A DNA stretch of 62,740 bases, the filler included, from Choristocarpus tenellus KU-1152 (taxonomy: Eukaryota; Protista; Phaeophyceae): assembly GCA_964200185.2 (NCBI GenBank). It is 9 parts of 9 records of this genome, joined end to end, with 100 filler letters (N's around TTAATTAATTAA, not from the genome) between each part and the next. Parts side by side here need not be neighbours in the genome. Positions count along the whole stretch, not along the records: positions 1 to 7,001 come from CAXNAD020006889.1; positions 7,102 to 10,193 come from CAXNAD020022379.1; positions 10,294 to 14,578 come from CAXNAD020015292.1; 6 more parts are not named here. One strand, given 5' to 3'. The notes below the pieces were generated by a model. That model had not been told where the DNA came from. It was given only the letters and a program-made list of their open reading frames with translations, and made no database searches. Shown in pieces: positions 1 to 11,566 of the stretch. Position 1 is the stretch's first letter; each line of letters opens with the position of its first letter. The translations under genes were made by a program, and so were the position numbers.

Positions 1-800
1 AATGCTCACTCCGCTAATAAACATATCCATACCACACAAAGCAAAATACTCTACTTGAGTAGCTCTCTATTGCATAAAACTCGATCTCACCCTCTTTTTT
101 GGAAGAGTTCAATCTGGTGGTAGCTCTCAGTTACAGTTTTATCTTGGAATGTCTGGTCGTCTTATGCAGTGTGATTATCTTCATCACTCTTGTCTGAGTG
201 AACCATGTCAACACAGAAGAATCACACAGGTCACATTATCAAGTGTCAATAACATAAAATAATAATGTTGCTGAGTAGAGGATATAAATTGTTGCGAATT
301 TGGAATGCCCTCTCGAACTCTATTTGAGACACCTCTAGGGCATGTGTTTTGGCCTTCTAGAGACGCTACAGGCAAAAGATTCCACCTCTGTTTGCATTTG
401 TCATGCAGACTGTGCTTGTTTGCCCTGCACACCTATCTGTACCTTACGCAAGAACGTGACAATTTGCATGACCGGGCAAGTAAGTGGTGTCACGCAAGAG
501 AGCCTAAATGGACTCAGGAAACATCAAGCAAGATTGAGGTCTCTAGAGAGGGGACAAAACAATTCCGTCCCAATAGAAGTGTCCGTTCTCTTGAGAGAGG
601 ATACTAAACAGGCGGTGCCTGATCCTTCGGATCCTGGGAAGCTATGAGCTGTGAGGATACTGTATGTTGTACCCACCCAGAAAATATTACGCATGCATAC
701 TCTGATACACCTGACATTATCTCCAACAATGAAAGAGTCTTGGAAGAGCAACATACTAACTGAGGGTTCAGGTGTGGCTGGACTGGTTCACTCAACCATT

Positions 801-1319
801 GAGTCAAAATATACGAGAGGTACCCATAATAACATTTCAAGGATGCTGACAAAAATGTACAAAAGGGGCTAAACCAATCGAGAGGCGGGCAGGTTTTGAC
901 CCTTTTGCATTCTAACACATTTTTCTTATCCTGTACATTGCACTCTATTTCGTCGCTTTTTGTGCACCGTTGTGCACGCAAACTTGGTTTTCCCCCTTTC
1001 CACACAGAAAGGTACACCACAGTAAAGCAAAGGCTCCTTCTGCAATTGTGCAAAATGACATCTTCTTGCCCTTTCATGGGGTGGGGTCCTTCAAATGCAA
1101 ACTTGCCTCTCTCAATTGTTTGACTCCAAATTTGGCTTTTCCAAATTTGTGTGTAGCATATTTTCTTAGTGTCCAAACGTGTCAAACAAGAGAAAGAGGT
1201 GCTCTCAAATCAAACTTGGAACTTTATCCAGAGAAATATGGGCAAATTGCAAAAGATCGAAAAACAGGCTTAAAATGAAAAACGGTCAAAACCTGAGGAC
1301 CTCTTGTATGCTTTGTCTC
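801..1319. mobile_element. Older GAG...CTC TIR element (Sola-like MITE family 2)
   Basis: Starts GAGTCAAAATATACGAGAGGTACC and ends CCTCTTGTATGCTTTGTCTC (imperfect inverted repeat). Shares GAGGTACCC..AGGATG and GGCTTAAAATG..AAACCTG..ACCTCTTGT blocks with copies at 1747 and 40339. TSD not conserved. Confidence 0.55.
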
Positions 1320-1746
1320 TATGGATTGAAATGAGCAAGCCCAATGGAGGACAGGAAGTAGTTCCAATGTGGTGTTGATACATAAACGCCCTTCCACTAC
1401 TGCATCGCCATTTATACGACATATTCATCTGCTGTTCCTATACGCTACTATTAGTTGTAGAATATACAATGTATGTAATGTGTGTTTGGTGAACTTCACG
1501 GTGTCACAGTAGTAAATCGTCTTCTTTTCTTCATCGCTTGCATCCCCCATAAGTAGACAGCTCTAACCTCACATTTGATTCATTTTGATGTGGTTCAGTT
1601 TCTCAGACGCCTAATCAAGGGGGTAAATGGCAACGCTCATCACAACACTGACCGCTAAATGTTGATACATTGATGTCACGCATACCACAGCAGTATTGTT
1701 GACTCTATGTTACGCCATTATAACCCTTTGGATAGTGTTGAGCAGT

Positions 1747-1957
1747 GAGCCAAAGAAAACGGGAGGTACCCAGGGTTGAATTTTTAGGATGTCAATAAAT
1801 AATGTACAAATTCGTATTTTTGTACAGATACGTATAGATAGGTACTTTTCTGAAATCTGCGAATTTTTTCAGACAGTAGAGAAATCAATATTCTCTAGTC
1901 AATTTACCACTTTGTCAAGAGGAGAAATAATTGATAGTTGTATGAATGGTGTGTTTC
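1747..1957. mobile_element. Truncated copy of Sola-like MITE family 2
   Basis: GAGCCAAAG..GAGGTACCCAGGGTTGAATTTT.AGGATG matches 40339-40385. Similarity stops at ~1957 where a putative LTR begins. Confidence 0.55.
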
Positions 1958-2376
1958 TGTGGCAGCGTGGTTCACTCAGGTAAGGCTGGTGAAGAGAATC
2001 ACCGGGCAAGATGGACCAGACGGATCAAGACGAACTGTAACCTAGAGGATGAGGTAAAGGTTTGACGAGTGCAAGACTGCAAGGACTTCCAGAAAAACTG
2101 TGGAGTGATGATAATCTTATTTGAGGGGGATCATCACAAGAGTCAAGACGTGACAACAAAGAGAATCTTTGATGTGTGACATCTCTGGTTAAAGAGATGT
2201 CCACTCTATGTGGGATTGATCTCTTGAAAGATTCCACAACTCAAAGTATTTGTAAGGCCCTCCATTGGAATCGGGGATTCCTGACAAGGAAACCTCAATC
2301 GGTATAACTGTGTATGGCATACGGCAAAAACGGTATAACAGCAGACAAACATGTTTTCCACATCACCCCCCCTTCT
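1958..2376 (-). mobile_element. Putative 3' LTR (1958-2362) and polypurine tract (2363-2376) of a decayed LTR retrotransposon
   Basis: TGTGG at 1958 and CCACA at 2358-2362. On the minus strand the purine tract AGAAGGGGGGGTGA directly precedes TGTGG. Confidence 0.5.
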
Positions 2377-2634
2377 GATCGGCCTTGAAGCCATGTAAAT
2401 ATATTTCAAGGTCACGCTTACGATGTCTGAGAGTATGGGGATCAGCGTATCATTCAGCCTAAGGATGAGGTGAGAGGTATATGTGACCAGCACGTATGTC
2501 TCTGTTATCTTGTATAAAACAGAGGATACTCAGAATGGGGATACAAGAAGCAAACGCTATACAATGTCAACAAATGGTTTGGCTGGAGTTTGTGATTCGA
2601 CATTGCTATATGGGTGTTATACGATGACTAGATT

Positions 2635-2891
2635 GAGTGAAAGTACCTTAGAGGGTACGAATTTTGCCCTGTTCGTCCATTTGGGGCTTGATTTCCCATG
2701 GTGTTTTTTTTTACATTTTCCTACTCCCAAATATTTCGGAGTAGGTAAAATGTGTATGTTTTGAAAGGTGTGTCCGGAACAAGGACGTTGACACTTCCTA
2801 ACCAACACGATAGCCAAAATTACATCAAAATGACAAATTGGATTATGGGGCCGAAATGGACGCGGCTCTACCCTCTAAGATACGTTGGCTC
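2635..2891. mobile_element. Sola2-like MITE family 1, copy A
   Basis: TIRs GAGTGAAAGTACCTTAGAGGGTA / TACCCTCTAAGATACGTTGGCTC, perfect 4-bp TSD GATT, internal hairpin. Confidence 0.85.
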
Positions 2892-3726
2892 GATTACCGC
2901 TCCGATGCGTGAAAACAACATCACGTGTTACATGACCAATATCAACACAGCAAACGACGAGATCAAATGTGTGCACCCATGCTCCTTGACATTGATCGTG
3001 ATATTGTTCACAACGTCTACAATATTCCATGTGGACACATTGGACGTACGATGTTGGTGGCTCAACTCTCCTAAAATAATACGGGGTGACTCAATGGTCA
3101 TTACATCATGTCGGGGGGATCATGCCACTCGAAAAATAAAATAATTATCTTGTATGACTCACCTGAAGTTTCCATCTGTTACCTAGCGCTTGATTTGAAT
3201 CTTATTTTTTTAATGGGGTTAGTCATTTCATGATGATCAGTAAATCAATTTTATGAAAACGTGAGATGGTATAATGAACAGCCACCTCTAGCACACGAGT
3301 GCTAATGTGCCCGGTGATATGATCTCTTCACCACCGCATGTGTTCACTCATGCAAACAAGGAGAGAGTTAAGAGGTGAAATTAATTGTATCATTAATTTA
3401 TCAAAATCCGTCAACATGTATTTATAGTCTATTTGCAAGGATTTGATAAACCTGGTAAACACGAGATGCCAAGTCAGAGCTGGACGTGAACAGGTTAACT
3501 GACATCTGTTACCAGTTATCTCGTATTTTCATAAAACGATAGACTATGCCCATCTATGACAAAATGACACACACAAACGATTTGTCTAAACTAGATGGTC
3601 AGCCTATATAAAAGATTACGGTAAGTGTGTACGACGAGATCCGGGCAAGACACACAAGTCACAAGTCACAAAAAACAAAATAAAATAATATATATACATA
3701 TATTTGGTAAGGATCTGTACTGCACA

Positions 3727-4966
3727 TATAGTGGTACCAATAGCTTATGCCTTTGGGATTGTCTCCTCATATCTCTTGATGTAGACATCAGATTAAAAAA
3801 TACATATGCATAATCGTGATGCCAATCACAAGGCCGTCCAGAGTAGGGGGCTTCGTTTTTTTTCCATTTTTTTTTAATAGAAAGAGCGCTTATGTTGGGG
3901 TTCGAACCCTGGATTGTAGGTCACCAAGAGTGGCAACAGACGTACTATACTTGATTAAAATATACTTGGTTAGGCGGGAAAAAACGCCACTCAAACGAAC
4001 GATCCAAAGAATGAATGCTAAATGTAACTATAACCCTTGTCTCCATCTGCCACCAGGACCTCCGAATGTACTGGGCGCCTATGTACTCCTTGTCGGCTTC
4101 CGGTCCAGTGGCAGCCGTTTTGAAGTAGACAAGATGGTGCATGTACGCCTTATTGGAGTACTTCTGGACGAGCCAAATAGCCTTCCTATCCTCAACACGG
4201 TTCAAGCTCAAAGGAACGTTTTTTCGAAGTTCGTCCAAAGAATAGGTACAATGCTGTCCTAGCCAGTGCTTTGATGAACCCCACGCGAACTCAATGGGGT
4301 TGAGCTCACAGTGCTATTTTGGGAGCATTAGGCATACCCATATTTCGCTTAGACGTTTGTTTCCTGAGCGCAATGGCACGCAGTCGCACTGCTCTCCTTC
4401 CCAACCTTCTCTTCGGCCGGTCACCCTGGTTCTCCCTTCACCCGCCGCGACCAAGCTTCCCCACAGACCTCGTCCCTGTACCACCTGGTGATGGACTTGC
4501 CGCTCTCTTCCTGCTTTCCCGATGCAGCAGAGACTGGGGAGCACTGCTCCGCAGCGGTTGAAGATCCAACCACGTTTGTGTGGTAATGCTTTTCCATACT
4601 GGCGCTAAAAAAAGATGTCCGCAGATCTTCCTCTTTTTTTTCGGTATTGCGCTACGCGCGCCATACTTAGGCAGTGGCCTAACCCGCATCAGCTTTTTAC
4701 GGGGAGTTCAGCCAACCGCTTCATTTTTGTAACCTTTGAAGTTGTGACCGTCAAAATTGCGCCCGAGATGTTCCTCCGCGTTTTTGCCATTATTTGATTG
4801 ATGCATAGCTCCCGTTCACCAAAGTTTGTACATTCATAGATACACATCTTAACAAGCTCCTGTCATAAGCTTTCATTTGATATATATATTGCATCATTCT
4901 TGTGGCAATATTGTGCAAAAAAAGTCAGATTTGCTTCAGAGGGCTAACCTACTGGTACCACTATAT
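3727..4966. mobile_element. Non-autonomous ~1.24-kb TIR element
   Basis: Left TATAGTGGTACCAATAGCTTATGCCTTTG versus reverse complement of the right end TATAGTGGTACCAGTAGGTTAGCCCTCTG (~30-bp imperfect TIR) in a TA context. No recognisable transposase inside. Confidence 0.6.
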
Positions 4967-5093
4967 ATAAAAAATATCTGTACTAAAACGATAGGTTACA
5001 ACATTACGGCAATGCATGATTCATAGACAATGCAAAGGAGTATGATAGCAGTAAATACGAATTCTTAAGTCAACACCACAAGGGACGAGAATT

Positions 5094-6960
5094 TTACTGG
5101 TTATCCAATCCATTTACCGTACAATAGGCTGCAATCATTTCATGGCAATGTGGCATTTTTTCTATTCTTTTGAGACGGTCCATACCAACAAAGACGAAGG
5201 AGATAGACAACATTAGTGGACGAACGACGACCAGGACCAGGTTTATGTCCAACAATGCTATCAATAGTGTATTGGCCAATAACAGGTTGAGAGGTTTCAT
5301 GGTCTACATCCAGTAATGGTAATAATCTTCCCAGAAACAAAAAATGCAGTTCATTCAAATCTGGTGTGGGAGGTTGGAATTGAGGATAGTAACGTTTCAT
5401 TCTACCTAGATGAACCGAAAATGGACGTGGTTTTCCAGATAATACTACCCTGTATGCAATGGGTGATACTTTAGAATGTACTTCATACGGACCCCTCCAA
5501 GGGTGAATAAACTTCGGATTCGGACCATCAGTGCTCTCATGTGGCCGCTATGGACTATAACTTGATCACCAGGTATGAAAACGTGGAACACGAGACGTTG
5601 GTTGACCCGCTCCTGATTTTTTAAGTGTTCATCGGGGTTACAGCGTGCCAACTCAAATTCAAGCTGTAAATTATCTTTGGTTTGCTGAGTAAACTCTTCA
5701 GTAGTGACATCTGAATCAGCATTAGACGAACCAGGGATAATGTCAACAGGTAAACGAGCTTGTCTTCCAAAAAGAACGAAAAACATGGTTTCATACAACT
5801 TTGCATTGAATGCTGTGTTATGGGCTAACTGTACGAAAGGCAATAACGATGCCCTGTTATACTCAGCAACGGAGAGATACATTGCTAGCATAGAATTGCA
5901 ACGTAGCATGTGTTGAAACCTGAATCGAATGCATCTTACATGTTAACAAAATGCGTAGACTACTAGCGATGAGGAATCATGGTGTTGCAAAGCACTGATG
6001 AGTAAAATGCGTAGTCTGTGTTATGGATAGATGTGATTGTGCTGCAAGCACCTATGTATTCATTCTGTTGTAACCGAGGTCATTGATATCTCAGTCGAGA
6101 ATGATCTGATGTAAATTCAGTGTTCTTTCATGAGATAACGAAAGAAGTCCATGCTCTGTGGAGAGGCTTGTCACCTTGGCTGGCAAGGGTTTTCACGGAT
6201 GGTTTTAACTCTGATTATATTGCATCCATGTGAGCGTTTGGCATACTATTTGCAGAGTGAGGTTGATGTATTGTGAGACATGAATGGCAGCCACGAGAGA
6301 AATAATTAATAATCAACGTACAACTGTCATCTTCTGCTGATAAGAAGAAGAAAGAGTGAAAGCAAAACAAGAGAACAACAGAACAAACTTGAACCAGTAT
6401 GAGATGCAACTCAAGTGACGTATACGTTTCCTGCGTGTGGGACGCATAGCGACTGTTCTGTACAACAGTGTTCTGATGGTAATTGATGTGATGATGATGA
6501 ACTAGTGACAGTAACGTCCAGAGCGTAACAGACCAATCAACGGTCAGTGTTGACTGGTGGAACTGTATCCTATCAACGAACAAATAGATGAGTAGCCTAT
6601 GTTTTAACAGGATGTAATCTAACACTGAATTTCCGTGGGGATGAGACGGTGTGGTTTTGGTTTTCTTTGAACCAAAGACTGCAACCTTGCAATGATACTG
6701 TTTTCAAATTCAGTGTCCTGATCGGAGTGTAACAACTCAGGTGGACAAAAATTGAAAATGTATGTTCTACTAGTGTACGAGCAATTGTTGCAGCCTCTTT
6801 GTTTGGAACAGGGCTCAGCACAACAAAACGAGTGAGGTCATCAATGGCAGACAATTCATACGAGCACATCACACCATCTGCTGCTGGGGAACGTCTTTTG
6901 TACTCTACCAAATCAATAGCAACACGTTGAAATGGTCTGTCAACGGGCATATGGTCAGTG
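5094..6960 (-). pseudogene. Ty3/gypsy (chromovirus) integrase + chromodomain relic, frameshifted and interrupted
   Basis: rve core RPFQRVAIDLVEY..SAIDDLTRFVVLSPVPNKEAATIARTL (6950-6760), TTPSHPHGNSVL motif (~6655-6620), continuation MLAMY..LLPFVQLAHNTAFN..FFVLFGRQARLPVD (5900-5740), chromodomain-like QYTIDSIVGH..YLLRLCWYGP (~5280-5180). Confidence 0.85.
5911..6609. mobile_element. Solo LTR inserted in the gypsy integrase
   Basis: TGTTGAAAC...GTTTTAACA termini (TG..CA, 8/9 inverted repeat), 5-bp TSD GCATG/GGATG. Removing it rejoins integrase GNSVLDYI-HATL..SMLAMY. Confidence 0.8.
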
Positions 6961-7001
6961 GGGTAAACGTAGCTTCGTCATCAGTGCTGATAAGAATCTG
7001 G

Positions 7002-7101
7002 NNNNNNNNNNNNNNNNNNNNNNNNNNNNNNNNNNNNNNNNNNNNTTAATTAATTAANNNNNNNNNNNNNNNNNNNNNNNNNNNNNNNNNNNNNNNNNNN
7101 N
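7002..7101. other. Artificial contig linker N44-TTAATTAATTAA-N44
   Basis: Identical design repeated eight times; stop codons in all frames. Confidence 0.98.
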
Positions 7102-8933
7102 GTGTGTACAACTAATGTGTGTGTGTGTGTGTACAACTAATGTGTGTGTGTGTGTGTGTGTCCCACCGCCTTCCCATGGTGTGAAGTTTGGCATCCATCC
7201 CCTTGATGAGCTGAATCTTAAAGGTTTTTTTTATTATTCTTGTAGTCTGGGAACTTAAGAAACAGAACAGAGTTTTTTTTGCCTGTATGGTTTTACGGCT
7301 TTGGAGTCTTCGTGACAGAGGGTGCTTGCTCCGTCCTTGTTGATACCACCCTGGAAGGCATTGATGAGTGTTGGGACATCGAGACTGGGCCTGTTTGAAG
7401 GCTGATGATTGGAACTTCAACTTCACGTTAACGAGCGCCTCTCCAAGAACGTTCCGGGAATGGTCCTGATACAATAGCCGCGAACAAGAAAAAAATTGCT
7501 TGTTTTTATTTTATTTCTGGTGAACCGGAAATGAATGTGTTTTTATTGTAATATGTTTTTTTATGTAGCTCGTTGGGGGTAGTGCTGTGTGTGTGTGTGT
7601 GTGTGTGTGTTTTGTGCTACATTGAATTGTTGTTCCAAGTTGTTGATGGTGGTTGCAGTGTCTTCTTGCTGAGATGGAAGTTTGATCGTGTTGGGGATGT
7701 TTAACATTGATTTTGTGATGAGTTGCTGGGGGCCACTTGAGAGACTGATTATACCAGGTTGTGTTGTGTTGTATTGTATATCCACAAAGGCGCCAGTCAG
7801 TCACCTGATCAATCTGCAATATGTCTGAAATTCTATTCCGATTTTTAAAATAAATTGTGCTGTGCTGTTCCACAAGTATTATAATCTTTCCAGAGTAAAA
7901 AAATATAGCATGTTTGAGTTTGATTTTATTTTATAGTTGGAAGGTGTTTAAGAGGTGGTCAGGCTCTTTGCATCCATGGTTGATTTTCAAATCAGTGCCC
8001 TGTTGAAAGCCCTCAACGCGTTCAAGTCTTCTGAGGATCCATTTGCTTCAAATATTAGAGTGTTCTGGTTTTAAAAAAAGAACATGTATACTCAAGTGTA
8101 TGCATCGGGCCGTGGCTCTTAGATGGAGCAAGTTGTATCTTCAGAAGTGGTGGAATTGATAGAGCGGACCTCAGCTGCTGCCCATTAGAGTATCACCTCC
8201 AATGGCAAAGATCCAGATTTTCTTTTTCATCCCCTCTCTGAATCAAATCTGTGTACATTGCATGCATGGCTTTTGAATCAGGTCTATATATATATATTGC
8301 ATGACCTTTGAATCAGGTCTATGTATATATTGCATGGCTTTTGAATCAATCTGTAGGATAAGACCATTAGAACGGGGATCTCCATTGGACTTTTTTTAAA
8401 TTTCAAGATCATTTTTTTTATTCCCATTTTTCTGCAGTTGTTGAGACCCACCTCTTCCTTTGCCAGTAAAGAGTTTTGTGCAGTGTTTTTGTAAACAGGG
8501 GTTTGATTTAGTCGCCAGTATGGTCCAGTATGACTAAGAAAATGACTAACTTTCGAACAGGTGTGTATGTGAAGTTGCTTGTACTGTTGAGGGCAATATG
8601 GGTAATGGCATCATCAGCAATCATACCACTCTGTTCTGTGTCGGTTTCCACCACCAGGAATTTCATAGTGGAGAGCAGGAAATCTCTATACAAGTCAGGT
8701 GGCGTGGCTGTGAAAGTCCCTTGTGTTTGTTCAACTTAAGACCCCTGGGTGTTGTCGGCTCTAAGGTTTGTTGAGGATGCAGGGTGACCGCCGTCTGTAC
8801 ACAAGTAGTTTGCCAGGCATGGCAGTTACATTTTTTAGTTTTTCTTTTCCATAGTTGGGTTTGTTGCATGCCTTCCAAGGAGGAGGGGAGGAGGATATAT
8901 ATATATATATATATATATAGATACATACATATA

Positions 8934-9288
8934 TTCCCTGTCCCATAAGTCTGTTCCTTTATGCATGCACCTCTTCAGGATCTCTGATTTCAAAACCGAT
9001 TTTTGTGTTGGGTTCCTTGGCAAATTTGAAGTAAGATGAGTTATATTAAAAATATATATATATCCTGAAATTGTTCTGAAAATACGGAACAGAGGTTAGG
9101 TGGGCACAGACTCACAAGAAGGCACTGAATTAATTGTTGTATTGATGGCGTTGACTGAAACCAAGAAAAGGTATTATAATGAAAGAAAATGTCAAGGAAT
9201 CCAGTGCAAAAAATCCATTTTTTGAAATCGGAGGTCGTCCCGAAGAGGTACATGCATAAAGGCACAGACTTACGGGACAGAGAGGGAG
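8934..9288. mobile_element. Stowaway-like (Tc1/mariner) MITE
   Basis: About 95-bp inverted arms (8934-9027 vs 9187-9288). The right end reads TA-CTCCCTCTCTGTCCC on the minus strand, similar to the Stowaway terminus, with TA flanks. Confidence 0.7.
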
Positions 9289-9699
9289 TATATACTTCAG
9301 ACTATATTTTTTTTGTGAGCATTTTTTGTTTTTGTTTGTTGAAGGATGGTGCGTGCCTGTGTGGTGTTGTTGTTTGAGTGTACCAGGAATGAGATGCTTT
9401 CGTGAAACCTCTCTATTGATTCCGGTAATATCAGGGGAATAAGTAAATCAGTGGGCATGACATAAGTTGACTCGGACATGACATGAGTTGACTCGGAAAG
9501 TAGTGTCGAGGTCGCCTCTTGAGGGGCATAGAACCTCTCCCTGTGGTGATGTAACAGTTTGGTCGGGAGTTACCTTCGGTATCAGATTTAAAAAAACAAA
9601 ACAAAAATATATATATATATATATTTTTTACAAAAAAAGATCTCCACCCATCCCACTGCTGCATTGTACCACACGTACATACGTATACTGTTCTGAAAT

Positions 9700-9930
9700 A
9701 AGATTGACAAATTAAGTTTGGCAAGTAAGTTTGACAAACAAGATTGACAAATGAGATTGACAAACAAGATTGACAAACAAGATTGACAAAAGCCCACTGC
9801 TTGCGGTCAGAACTCTGACGCCCAAAGCTGCCCGCCCCTCTGTGGATGTGTGTTATGGTTGTGTGTTATGGATGTGTGTTATGGTTGTGTGTTGTGGATG
9901 TGTGTTATGGTTGTGTGTTATGGTTGTGTG
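9700..9930. repeat. Two 13-bp minisatellites (AGATTGACAAACA at 9700-9790; GTGTGTTATGG(A/T)T at 9842-9930)
   Basis: Direct tandem repeats visible in the sequence. Confidence 0.85.
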
Positions 9931-9956
9931 CGTGTGGTACGTTTGTGTATCCCAAG

Positions 9957-10091
9957 GGGCGGAGTGTTGTTGTAGTGGCAGCAACCAACCGACCAGAGGT
10001 ATTAGACCCCGCCCTCACTCGACCAGGCCGTTTCGACCGACATGTAACTGTTGCTCTTCCGGATACATCAGGGCGAAGGAGTATTCTGGAG
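9957..10091 (+). CDS. Internal exon of an FtsH-type AAA+ ATPase/protease
   Basis: [45 protein letters not shown] is the AAA second region of homology; bounded by AG (9955-9956) and GT (10092); 135 bp, phase 0/0. Confidence 0.85.
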
Positions 10092-10193
10092 GTGGGTGGA
10101 AAGGGGCTGTGACTGTTGTGCATCTCTTGCCTCAAGTGGTACCTCTCTCTCTCTCTCCCATGTATCTTCCCCCCCCCCCCCCCCCCCCCCCCC

Positions 10194-10292
10194 NNNNNNN
10201 NNNNNNNNNNNNNNNNNNNNNNNNNNNNNNNNNNNNNTTAATTAATTAANNNNNNNNNNNNNNNNNNNNNNNNNNNNNNNNNNNNNNNNNNN
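10194..10292. other. Artificial contig linker
   Basis: N-run, TTAATTAATTAA, N-run. Confidence 0.98.
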
Positions 10293-11566
10293 NCCCCCCA
10301 CCCCCCCTTCACACCATTCTTCCAATCGGTTCTCGCCTCATTGAGCACTTGCATAGCCACTGTTGCCAGGGACTTGACCTCATCACCTTGTAGCTTGTCT
10401 GGGTGCACCAACCTGCTTTTCATTCGAAAGGCGTTCACCACATCTCGATTTTCTGGACCACTTCCCAGATCAAGAACATCATGATAATTCGTGCAGCTCA
10501 AAATACGATTCGCTTCTTCTACCTGTTTGAGTCTCAGGACCTGACTCCGCTGGCATGTCTCTGCTAGCTCCTTTTTGAGAGCTGCCATCTCTGTACCGTC
10601 CTCTCCTGACAGCATTCCGACAATAGAAGCCTCGGGCGCAAGCTTGACTTCTATAGTCTCGTTCTTCGTAGTATGAACAAGATGAACATCGATTTGATAG
10701 TCAGAGTGGAGCAAGACGAATCCCTTCGAGATAATTAATTCCCGAAAACGGTTGGCATCTTCTGATGATTGGATGACTCCGTTTGGGGAGAAGCGGTACT
10801 TGAAGTCCTTTCCAAACTGCATTTTGATAGCTTTGTGCCAGGACAGTAATCCTCCTGAACAGACTCGAGGAATCCTGGTGAAAAAAGTAGCTCCAAGCAT
10901 CACTCGGCACGTCAATATTCTATCGCCTCCATTAGACTTCACAGACCCCATCTTGCGTTCCAATATTTCTCTGAAATCTGTAAGACAGTTACTGAGAGCC
11001 ACTGTACCACACCTTAACACTGGTTGTCCATGAGTAGAGTTGCTGTTAATACTGAGGGTACTATTGTCGATGTCGTCACTATTTTCTTCAAGTCCGTTAA
11101 TGACAAAGAGTTGGTCGACGATCCACTGACTTCTGCTGGCAAGCATGTTAGGCATCCACCGATGCACTGTGGAATGGTAGTCCACAGAACAAAATGAGAT
11201 AGCTGATGGTGCAACTTTGCTCGACATCAAGCACAGCGTACTCAACTCAGGAATGAAGCCGCTGCGTGTGAAGATTGAGTGGTTGACATGGGCGCCGAGC
11301 TTGCACCTCAGGATATCAATGGCCTCGTCCGAACACCCTTCATGAGCCACAATGATAGACTGTTGAGGGTCAGAAGGGCTGTCTTTCACCTGGAGGCGCC
11401 CCACAATACCATCTATGTCGATTTCCCAGGACCTCAGATTGCTTCCTCCTTTTCCAATTACACTCCCCGCCAACTTCCTTGGGAAGGTTAGGATATGAGA
11501 ATGGTGACGTGTTTGTCTTCCTCCACCCCCTTTTGGACAGCCTCGCCAACGACTTTGCTGCGACAT
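10293..11566 (-). CDS. KH domain + uncharacterised central domain + DnaJ (J) domain protein, 3'-truncated by contig end
   Basis: Uninterrupted >420-codon frame. KH motif ILTFPRKLAGSVIGKGGSNLR near the N-terminus; J-domain NYHDVLDL..VVNAFRMKSRLVHPDK..AMQVLNEA near the end. ATG at 11566; an acceptor-like TCCTTTTCTCCACAG just upstream means a 5' exon is possible. Confidence 0.8.

Noticed and set aside
3880-3950. tRNA gene around GGTTCGAACCC
   Set aside because: B-box-like motif only; I could not fold a cloverleaf or find an acceptor stem.
9700-9930. CRISPR-like array
   Set aside because: Head-to-tail 13-bp minisatellites with no unique spacers and no cas genes, in a eukaryotic intron context.
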